IMG/VR virus record: IMGVR_UViG_3300045988_134116
Length of the DNA: 35,444 bases
Reading direction: 5' to 3' (one strand)
Source of the DNA: a virus
A model generated the notes under the pieces. It had not been told where the DNA came from. It made no database searches and saw only the letters and a program-made list of their open reading frames with translations. Within the stretch, counting starts at the first letter, position 1. Every line of letters starts with the position of its first letter. Both the position numbers and the translations under genes were made by a program. Below are positions 24,358 to 31,307 of the stretch, piece after piece.

Positions 24358-24507
24358 TAATGTGCGAATGTGCGAATGTGCAAATGTGCGAATGGTCGCC
24401 TTTGTACGCTGAGTAATTAAGACATTATTCAATCATTTGCACATTTGCACATTCGCACATTTGCACATTGCCCACGCATTTGCACATTAGCATATTAAAA
24501 AATAACA
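24358..24507. repeat. Intercistronic octamer-array element IOE-4 (forward core)
   Basis: Left arm AATGTGCGAATGTGCGAATGTGCAAATGTGCGAATG. Core GTCGCCTTTGTACGCTGAGTAATTAAGACATTATTCAATCATT. The right arm is TGCACATT/CGCACATT octamers. Confidence 0.9.
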
Positions 24508-24780
24508 GTGACGCGACGACGAATTAACCTCAGCGTGCCGCCCGAGCTATATCGAGAGCTGGAGCGCATACGCAAGACTTATCGCTTTAGTACGACGTGC
24601 GAGATGTGCGTCGTACTTTTGCGTGTATATGCGCGTATGGTGGCTGAGGCTGAGGCTACTTCCACCACTGACGATGATGAGGACTACATCGCGGCCACCT
24701 TTGAGCGCATGGCCACCTCTATGCGCACTCCTTCTAACACCATACCTACCGTGCGCCACCACCGAAGGAGGATTGAATAA
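24508..24780 (+). CDS. Ribbon-helix-helix (CopG/Arc-like) DNA-binding protein
   Basis: 90 aa with a GTG start. RRINLSVPPELYRELERIRK is a typical RHH N-terminal strand-helix. It is the first gene of the packaging cluster. Confidence 0.55.
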   Translation: MTRRRINLSVPPELYRELERIRKTYRFSTTCEMCVVLLRVYARMVAEAEATSTTDDDEDYIAATFERMATSMRTPSNTIPTVRHHRRRIE

Positions 24781-24794
24781 TATTTCGTAAGACT

Positions 24795-25133
24795 ATGGCT
24801 AAAGACAAAGACTACAAGCGAATGATACACACGCGCCACTGGTTGGAACTAAGGCGCATGGTACTCACGGCTCACCCTCTGTGCCAACGTTGTGAGGCTG
24901 AGGGCCGCACGACGGCTGCTACTGAGGTGCATCACGTGCGCCCAGTCGAAGAGGGTACGACCGCGAGGGAGAAGGAGCGGCTCATGTTTGATGCACACAA
25001 CCTCCGCGCCCTCTGCCACGACTGCCACGTGCTGACGCACACAGAGATAGGCCGCTCTGGCCGTAAGGCGAATGCCGAACGCAAGGCGCGGCAGGCCGAA
25101 AGCGTTAACAAACGCTTCTTTGGCGACGAGTGA
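24795..25133 (+). CDS. HNH endonuclease (terminase-associated)
   Basis: CQRCEAEGR...EVHHVRPV...HNLRALCHDCHVLTH are the HNH/zinc motifs. The gene lies upstream of terS and terL, as in HK97-like cos phages. Confidence 0.85.
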   Translation: MAKDKDYKRMIHTRHWLELRRMVLTAHPLCQRCEAEGRTTAATEVHHVRPVEEGTTAREKERLMFDAHNLRALCHDCHVLTHTEIGRSGRKANAERKARQAESVNKRFFGDE

Positions 25134-25148
25134 AGCGCCCAAAAGTAG

Positions 25149-25210
25149 CCGAAAACGTACCGAAACGACCGAAAAGCGTACAGAAAACGGCCGGAAACGT
25201 ACCAAAACAG
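25149..25210 (+). promoter_or_regulatory. Candidate cos / TerS-recognition repeats (helically phased CCGAAAACG-type units)
   Basis: About six units (CCGAAAACGTAC, CGAAACGAC, CGAAAAGCGTAC, AGAAAACGG, CCGGAAACGTAC, CAAAACAG) start every 10-11 nt. G-runs and T-runs follow at 25256-25345. The region lies between the HNH gene and terS. Confidence 0.35.
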
Positions 25211-25381
25211 AGCAAACGAAGCCTGCCCTCATCACCAATGGCGCTCCCATTCACATGGGGGGCATGTTTTTTTAAGGGGTGGGGGGTGGCGTTAAACCCC
25301 GCCCAAACCCTTTTTTTTGCGCGAGCATTTTTTTCGATTTATGGAACTTTGGGCAATTCAACACCCTTAAACAATAATTAA

Positions 25382-25527
25382 TAAATGTGCGAATGTGCAA
25401 ATGTGCAAATGTGCGAATGATTGAATGATGTTTTAATTACTCAGTGTGCAAAGGCGACAATTTGCACATTTGCACATTTGCACATTGACCACGCATTTGC
25501 ACATTCTCACATTAACACATTGATAAA
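25382..25527. repeat. Intercistronic octamer-array element IOE-5 (reverse core)
   Basis: Left arm AATGTGCGAATGTGCAAATGTGCAAATGTGCGAATG. Reverse core ATTGAATGATGTTTTAATTACTCAGTGTGCAAAGGCGAC. The right arm of octamers runs to the terS ATG. Confidence 0.9.
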
Positions 25528-25875
25528 ATGGCACGCACCACAAAACAATGGTATGCCCGCATCACCAAGGCACTCAAAAAGTCGGGTACTTATAACACCA
25601 GCCTCGAAATGCAGATACAATCGTTGGCAGGAGCTATGCGCACGCTCGAACTCGCCACTGATGAAATTGACAGCCTCGACACCACCGTCGTGTGGGAGGA
25701 GACACGCTACGGCCGCAAGATGATGCCGCACCCCGTGTTTAAAATTCAGCGCGACGCACAAGCCTCCGTCACGCGACAGATGAAGCAGTTACAACTCACC
25801 ACTGAGGAGTTGACCACCGACCAGAGTTCCGACCCATTGATAGACCTAACCCAAAAGCTCATTAATGAACAGTAG
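25528..25875 (+). CDS. terS: Terminase small subunit (P27-family-like)
   Basis: 115 aa and immediately upstream of terL. ...RYGRKMMPHPVFKIQRDAQASVTRQMKQLQLT is consistent with the P27 family. Confidence 0.7.
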   Translation: MARTTKQWYARITKALKKSGTYNTSLEMQIQSLAGAMRTLELATDEIDSLDTTVVWEETRYGRKMMPHPVFKIQRDAQASVTRQMKQLQLTTEELTTDQSSDPLIDLTQKLINEQ

Positions 25876-26068
25876 TTTAATGTGCGAATGCTTAATCAAT
25901 GTGCAAATGTGCGAATGTGCAAATGTGCAAATGATTGAATAATGTTTTAAATACTCAGCGTACAAAGGCGACCATTCGCACATTTGCACATTTGCACATT
26001 TGCACATTGATTAAGCATTTGCACATTGATTAAGCATTACCACATTATCACATTAGCACATTATCAGA
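25876..26068. repeat. Intercistronic octamer-array element IOE-6 (reverse core, extended right arm)
   Basis: The left arm includes AATGCTTAATCAATGTGC. Reverse core ATTGAATAATGTTTTAAATACTCAGCGTACAAAGGCGAC. The right arm has GCACATTGATTAAGC twice, then CACATTAT/CACATTAG units. Confidence 0.9.
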
Positions 26069-27775
26069 ATGACCGAAGAAGAAGCCCACCGCTACCGAGA
26101 GGAGAAGCAGCGCGTATCGCGTTCGCTCACTGCTAAATCGTTGGAGTCGTACCACCTTGAGGCGGTCGACCCTCGGCTCTACGTGTACGTATCAATGGTG
26201 CGCGACAGCCCCACCGAGCATAACCTTTGGGAGCAGTTGGCCGTTGAGCGTTTCCTGCGTATGGTGAAGCGTTATGGGCTTGACGCTCGCAAGGTGCGCC
26301 GCTTCTACCTCTTCTACGAGTCGCTCTACTTTCCTGGCAAGGAAGGCATGCAGCACTACAAGTTGACGCCCGTACAGTGCTTCCAGTTCGCGGCCGTTTA
26401 TGGATTTTGGGAAAAGGGGCGTCGCATCGTGCGTGAGGTATGTCTGTTCGTCCCCCGAAAGTTTTCGAAGACTACCTCAGGTGCTGCCTTCCCCCTTTAC
26501 GACCTTTTCTTTGGCGACGCCAACGCCGAGTGCTACTTTGGCGCCAACTCTTACGACCAAGCGAAGAAAGGCTTTAACGTCTTGCGCGGCTGCGTGCGTA
26601 GGCTCGACCCGCGCGGCTTACGCTATACGGTGAATGAAGACGTGATTAAGAGCCGACGCCAAGACCGCACGGCCTTTGCTCAGTGTCTGACAGGCAACAG
26701 CCGCACAAAGGACGGATTGAACGCCTCGACCGTCTTAATCGACGAATACTCCCAAGCGCGCACGAATGAGCTACTTACCGTGCTTACTACCTCTATGGGC
26801 GTTAGGCAGAACCCCCTTACGGTGATCATCACCACCGCGAGCGACGTGTTTGAAGGTCCATTCTACTCCAAGTTGCAAGGCTACAAACGTCTGCTACTGG
26901 GCGAGGTGGACGACGACAGCGTATTTGCCCACCTCTTTGAACCCGACGTTGACGACCCCGAAGACCAACCCTCAACGTGGCGCAAGGTCCACCCCCACAT
27001 GGGCGTGACCGTTAGCCTCGAATTTTACGAAGCCGAATATCGTGCAGCACGTCGCGACGGTGCGGAGGCGATGTTGGCCTTTCGCACGAAGTTGCTCAAC
27101 GTCTATGCCGAACAGCAGCAGCGCTCATGGATAACGGCCACCCTCGCCAACGACATCATGCGTCCCTTCACGCTCGACGCGATCAAAGGCCGTCCCGATG
27201 CAATGGTGGCTATCGACTTGAGCGAGAGTGACGACTTCTCGGCCGTGACGACTGGCTTCTACTCGCCCGAAGAGAAGTCGTTCACCTTCCACACGGTCTA
27301 CTTCTTCCCCGATGAAGCCCTGGCGGGCCACCCCAACGAACGCCTTTACCGCAAGTGGGCCGCCGAGGGCCACCTCACGCTGACGCAAGGCCCTGTCATC
27401 AATTACCGCACGATCGTCGACTACGTGTTGCGCGTCAACCGCTCCGTGCGCATACTCTCTATTGGTTACGACCCTTGGAAGAGCCAAGAACTTATCAACA
27501 TGTTGGCTGCATCAGGCGCGCGTGACGTGTTGCGCGGAGTGAAGCAGACGTATGGCAACTTTACCGCCCCCGTCCAATCCTTTGAGCATGGCTGCAAGAC
27601 GGGGCATATCTTTATCAATCCTAACCCGATTAACGCCTACTGCTTTGGCAATGCCATACTCGACACTGACAACCTCGGCAACTCTAAGCCCATTAAGCGC
27701 GCTCGCTATCAAAAGATTGACGGACTCATAACGATGCTCATGTGCTTGAGACTGTTTATAGATTATGAGCGGTAA
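26069..27775 (+). CDS. terL: Terminase large subunit
   Basis: 568 aa. It has a Walker A-like region (VPRKFSKTTSGA), a DE box (VLIDEYSQ) and a C-terminal nuclease domain (AIDLSESDDFSA...IGYDPW). Confidence 0.9.
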   Translation: MTEEEAHRYREEKQRVSRSLTAKSLESYHLEAVDPRLYVYVSMVRDSPTEHNLWEQLAVERFLRMVKRYGLDARKVRRFYLFYESLYFPGKEGMQHYKLTPVQCFQFAAVYGFWEKGRRIVREVCLFVPRKFSKTTSGAAFPLYDLFFGDANAECYFGANSYDQAKKGFNVLRGCVRRLDPRGLRYTVNEDVIKSRRQDRTAFAQCLTGNSRTKDGLNASTVLIDEYSQARTNELLTVLTTSMGVRQNPLTVIITTASDVFEGPFYSKLQGYKRLLLGEVDDDSVFAHLFEPDVDDPEDQPSTWRKVHPHMGVTVSLEFYEAEYRAARRDGAEAMLAFRTKLLNVYAEQQQRSWITATLANDIMRPFTLDAIKGRPDAMVAIDLSESDDFSAVTTGFYSPEEKSFTFHTVYFFPDEALAGHPNERLYRKWAAEGHLTLTQGPVINYRTIVDYVLRVNRSVRILSIGYDPWKSQELINMLAASGARDVLRGVKQTYGNFTAPVQSFEHGCKTGHIFINPNPINAYCFGNAILDTDNLGNSKPIKRARYQKIDGLITMLMCLRLFIDYER

Positions 27776-27863
27776 GAAAAGCGTATCAATTTGTAGTCCT
27801 TTGCCGTTAATACGGATATTAGTATCTTTGCATTGTTCTAATAACGAAAAACAGGAAGAAACA

Positions 27864-28274
27864 ATGAAAGAAGTAAAAGCAATTATCGAGCGTTCCTCAG
27901 AGGGGCGCTATAGTATTTACATGGACGACGATACGCTATCTTATCTTATAACGGCTGAGGGTGCTACGCTTGATGAAGCTAAGGACGACTTCATGACTTA
28001 TTACAACGAGACAAAAGAATATTTCAAGAGCCATAACGAAGCATTTGAAGAAGTAGAGTTTGACTTCTGTTACGATATGGCCTCTTTCTTACAGCACTAT
28101 GCCTATGCGTTTACGTTAGCAGGTCTTTCACGCATTACTGGCGTCAATCAAGGGCAATTATCACATTATATTAATGGGACTTCACGCCCCTCAGCACGCA
28201 CTATTGAAAAGATAGAAAACGGCATAAGCAGTTTTGCGCAAACACTGTCGGGTGTTCATTTCGTACGTCCGTAA
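27864..28274 (+). CDS. Orphan HicB-like antitoxin-family protein with a C-terminal HTH
   Basis: 136 aa from the ATG at 27864. EGRYSIYMDDD..ITAEGATLDEAKDDF is HicB-like, and LAGLSRITGVNQGQLSHYINGTSRPS is an XRE-type HTH. It has the same architecture as 16744..17157, but no hicA is adjacent. Confidence 0.6.
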   Translation: MKEVKAIIERSSEGRYSIYMDDDTLSYLITAEGATLDEAKDDFMTYYNETKEYFKSHNEAFEEVEFDFCYDMASFLQHYAYAFTLAGLSRITGVNQGQLSHYINGTSRPSARTIEKIENGISSFAQTLSGVHFVRP

Positions 28275-28355
28275 CCTCCCCCCATTCAGGTACGCTGTAT
28301 TTCATATAGTTATTTGACACATCGCGCCCGCCACCTGAGGGTGCAAAACAATCAA

Positions 28356-28390
28356 GCGCCCCACCATGTAACAATGGTTGGGCGCTTTTA
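28356..28390 (+). terminator. Rho-independent terminator
   Basis: Stem GCGCCCCACCAT / ATGGTTGGGCGC (11 of 12 bp) followed by TTTTA. Confidence 0.6.
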
Positions 28391-28520
28391 CTTTAACACG
28401 AAAAATAGAAAAATGAAAAAAGTGGGATAAAAAAGATACACCGCGTTTCGCAACGGGGGGTATCATTGATTATTATGAGTTGTTTAATTAACAGTTACCT
28501 TGCAAAGATAGCAATAAAAA

Positions 28521-28543
28521 GCCACGCGGCAAGCGCGCGTGGC
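28521..28543 (-). terminator. Terminator of the minus-strand gene 28581..28793
   Basis: An 8-bp stem GCCACGCG / CGCGTGGC. On the minus strand it is followed by TTTTTATT. Confidence 0.55.
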
Positions 28544-28580
28544 AAAATAAATGTGTCTAAAAACGTTTAATTTAATGGCA

Positions 28581-28793
28581 TTAAAAGGTGAATTCCAAAT
28601 CAGGAATGCTGCGCCCTTCTGCCTCTTCTAACTTCTTCATTTCGTTGTAACACGCATCTAAGTCGGCCTTAGCTTCGGCTACTGTGTTGCCATATCCTGC
28701 AAGGCCAAAGTGCGCGAACTCTTTATCAACGTAACAAGCAAAACGGCCGTCAGTATCCTTTTCGACCGTCACTGTAACTTTCTCCTTTTTCAT
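28581..28793 (-). CDS. Orphan HicB N-terminal-domain-like small protein
   Basis: 70 aa. VTVEKDTDGRFACYVDKEFAHFGLAGYGNTVAEAKADLDACYNE matches the HicB/UPF0150 fold pattern. It is on the opposite strand with no adjacent toxin gene. Confidence 0.55.
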   Translation of the reverse strand: MKKEKVTVTVEKDTDGRFACYVDKEFAHFGLAGYGNTVAEAKADLDACYNEMKKLEEAEGRSIPDLEFTF

Positions 28794-28814
28794 ATTGTAT
28801 TAACTGATGTTTCG

Positions 28815-29061
28815 GATTTAGCAAGGGCGGGCTGAAAGCCCAATGTAGCACATAGCCCAGGGCAAGCGAAGCGACACCCTGGGTTACGGATTGCCATAGT
28901 ATTGACGCCCTGAAAGGGCAAAAGCATTCAATGTTGGAAATAGATATAAAGCTTTTGCCCTTACAGGGCGCGGAGACTCTACTATGCGGGAACCCAGGGT
29001 GTCGCTTCGCTTGCCCTGGGCTATGTGCTACATTGGGCTTTCAGCCCGTCCTTGCTAAATC
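28815..29061. repeat. 247-nt near-perfect palindrome (71-nt arms with 1 mismatch, plus an imperfectly palindromic interior)
   Basis: 28815-28885 is the reverse complement of 28991-29061 except for one base (G/A at GCAAGG[G]CGGG). The interior also pairs (GCCCTGAAAGGGCAAAAGC / GCTTTTGCCCTTACAGGGC), leaving an apical loop of about 25 nt. Confidence 0.9.
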
Positions 29062-29249
29062 TGGAACTTGAGTATTAATGTTTTACCGCTTTGTCTAAAC
29101 CAACTGATACCTTGAGAAATCTTTCGGTGAACATTGTTTTAAACACTGCAAATATAGCAACAATGTCACATTATTCCACCCAACTCTCACTTTTTTCAAA
29201 GAAAAACGCCCCAAGGTGGTACCACCTACACACCTTTTGCGCGTAGGGT

Positions 29250-30464
29250 ATGAACGTATTACGCAGACTATTCAAGATAAAACGCAGCAGCGAGGGTGCT
29301 AACTCATCGCCAGAGGGTAGGACTGTACGCGCGGGGGCTTTGCCGCTTTTCACCTCCGCAGCGGCTGATCCCTTGGCCGTTAGCACCGTCTATCGCTGCG
29401 TGCGTTTACTTTCAGAGAGTGTGGCCAACTTGCCCCTCCGTTATATGAAGCTAAAGGGCGGCATCTTCGTCGACGACCGCCAGTCGCGCCTCCACTACCT
29501 ATTGAGCGTGCAACCCAACGAGCTTTACTCCGCATTCGACTTCTGGGCGCAAGCCGTGCAGCAGATGTTGCTGACGGGTAATGCTTATATCGTGCCGCAG
29601 TACTCGCCCTCGCTTGAGGTAGATCGCCTTGTGCTTTGCCAACCTGGCACAGTGAGTCACGACACCATTAATCGCACCTACACGGTAATGGACATGACCA
29701 ACCGCCTTAGCGGTACCTTCGCGGAGGAAGAAGTGATACACCTCAAAAACCTCACCATCGACGGACAACAAGGCATCAGCACCTTAGCCTTTGCGCGCCT
29801 TACTACGCAGATAGCCTCTACAGGTGATAATGAGACGCTCAACCGATTTGCCAATGGAGGCAACGTGCGCGGCATCGTAGGCAACGACACGAGCGTGCGC
29901 GGATTTGGCGACTATCAAGACGATGAACTGGCCAAGACGGCCACCGACCTCGACCAATCATTCTCAGAAGGCCGCAAGATAGTCAGCCTACCAGGGCAAG
30001 TAAAGTTCAACCAACTCTCGCTCTCAAGCACCGACATGCAATTTCTCGAGAGCCGAAAGTTTACGGTGCGTGAGCTTTGTCGCTTCTTCGGGGTTCACCC
30101 CTCATTCGTCTTTGACGACACGAGCAACAACTACAAGAGTGCCGAAATGGCCAACGTTGCTTTCCTCTCCAACACGCTCAACCCCCTACTCCGTAAGATA
30201 GAGAGCGAACTCCACCGCAAGCTCATCGAGCCTTCGCTCTGTTGTGAGCGCCGCTTCGAATTCGACCGTCGCAGCCTCTATGCGTGCGACCTCGCAAGCC
30301 GCGTGCAGTACCAGACGCAGACGATAGCAGCAGGTATCTACACCGTCAACGATTGGCGACGTGCCGAGAACATGCCGCCCGTCGAGGGAGGCGACCTCCC
30401 ATTGGTCAGCGCCAACTTGAAGGGACTGAACGAAATGGGGGCTAACTCAACCACCGACAACTAA
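29250..30464 (+). CDS. Portal protein (HK97 family)
   Basis: 404 aa. LLTGNAYIV, QFLESRKFTVRELCRFFGVHPSFV and the position between terL and the prohead protease fit HK97-type portals. Confidence 0.85.
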   Translation: MNVLRRLFKIKRSSEGANSSPEGRTVRAGALPLFTSAAADPLAVSTVYRCVRLLSESVANLPLRYMKLKGGIFVDDRQSRLHYLLSVQPNELYSAFDFWAQAVQQMLLTGNAYIVPQYSPSLEVDRLVLCQPGTVSHDTINRTYTVMDMTNRLSGTFAEEEVIHLKNLTIDGQQGISTLAFARLTTQIASTGDNETLNRFANGGNVRGIVGNDTSVRGFGDYQDDELAKTATDLDQSFSEGRKIVSLPGQVKFNQLSLSSTDMQFLESRKFTVRELCRFFGVHPSFVFDDTSNNYKSAEMANVAFLSNTLNPLLRKIESELHRKLIEPSLCCERRFEFDRRSLYACDLASRVQYQTQTIAAGIYTVNDWRRAENMPPVEGGDLPLVSANLKGLNEMGANSTTDN

Positions 30465-30606
30465 CACACATTATTAATATGCTAATGTGTTAATATGCTA
30501 ATGTGTTAATATGCTAATGGCTGCGCCACTCATTAACACATTAGCACATTCCCACATTAGCACATTCCCACATTAGCACATTAGCACATTAGCACATTTA
30601 CGCCTT
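30465..30606. repeat. Intercistronic octamer-array element IOE-7 (variant family: CTAATGTG/TTAATATG versus CACATTAG/CACATTCC)
   Basis: Left arm (TAATATGC TAATGTGT) x 2.5. Core TAATGGCTGCGCCACTCATTAA. The right arm is 8 tandem CACATTNN octamers ending 9 nt before the protease ATG. Confidence 0.9.
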
Positions 30607-31269
30607 ATGAATAAGCAATTACAATTCCACTCCTCAGGCACCGTCCACGTGCGCAGCCGCCAAGGCAGCGAGGGCGAGGGCGAAAGCCGCACCATTGAGG
30701 GATATGCCATTCTGTTCAACACGCCCTCTGCCCCACTGTGGGAGGACGAGGACGAAGTCGTGCGCGAACAGATTGCCCCCGAAGCCATAACGAAGGACCT
30801 ACTCGACGGCTGCGACATCAAGATGACCATGAACCACGACTTTGCCACATTGCTTGCACGCAGCAAGCGCGGAGAGGGTACGCTACAGTACGACATCGAC
30901 GAGCGGGGCGTCCACTTCTCCTTCGATGCGCCCAACACAGACGACGGCGACCGCGCGCTCGAACTCGTACGGCGTGGCGACATCGACGGCTGCTCCTTCA
31001 TGTTCTCTTGTTCGTACCGCACCCCCGACGTGACGAGCGAGACGACCAAAAACAAGGAGACGGGAAAGGCTGAAACGCTTTACACCATTCATGCTATTCG
31101 TGGCATCTACGACTTTACGCTCACGCCCATGCCCGCCTATCCCGACACGGAAGTAAACGCACGCGACCTGCGCGGATTGACTCCCGCCCCCTCAACAGAC
31201 AACGCTGCCGCCCTCCGCGTCGAGGAACAAGTAAAGGCCATGCGCAGCGAGGCAAAGCTATCACTTTAA
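30607..31269 (+). CDS. Prohead protease (HK97 family, S78)
   Basis: 220 aa. IEGYAILFNTPS, MNHDFATLLARS and LELVRRGDIDGCSFMF match the HK97 protease pattern. It lies between the portal and capsid genes. Confidence 0.8.
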   Translation: MNKQLQFHSSGTVHVRSRQGSEGEGESRTIEGYAILFNTPSAPLWEDEDEVVREQIAPEAITKDLLDGCDIKMTMNHDFATLLARSKRGEGTLQYDIDERGVHFSFDAPNTDDGDRALELVRRGDIDGCSFMFSCSYRTPDVTSETTKNKETGKAETLYTIHAIRGIYDFTLTPMPAYPDTEVNARDLRGLTPAPSTDNAAALRVEEQVKAMRSEAKLSL

Positions 31270-31307
31270 AGCATTAACCATTTAATAACAATTCATTCAT
31301 TACGATT

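Noticed and set aside
25130-25381. An 83-aa ORF (GTG start overlapping the HNH stop) and the overlapping 67-aa ORF 25072..25275
   Set aside because: Both translate the phased CCGAAAACG repeats into low-complexity K/P/R-rich peptides, and both lack an ATG. The region is better explained as non-coding packaging or regulatory DNA. Confidence is low either way.
25421-25723. ORFs that translate the repeat elements. These include 25421..25723, 32468..32659, 165..593(-), 7251..7853(-) and 35013..35399(-). They also include the N-terminal extensions of 741, 7513 and 32574.
   Set aside because: Their peptides are dominated by the repeat-derived ICTFAHSH periodicity. They overlap well-supported genes or begin inside repeats. 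Internal ATG starts just after the repeats give products that match known families.
24358-26068. Whether the tandem octamer arrays could be a CRISPR array
   Set aside because: The repeat units are only 7-8 nt and directly abut one another with no unique spacers. Arrays come as inverted pairs around a core, and there are no cas genes. This does not fit CRISPR architecture.
29213-29224. The 12-bp perfect palindrome GGTGGTACCACC just upstream of the portal start
   Set aside because: It is short enough to occur by chance and there is no second copy or associated feature. It is noted only as a possible small hairpin or restriction-type site.
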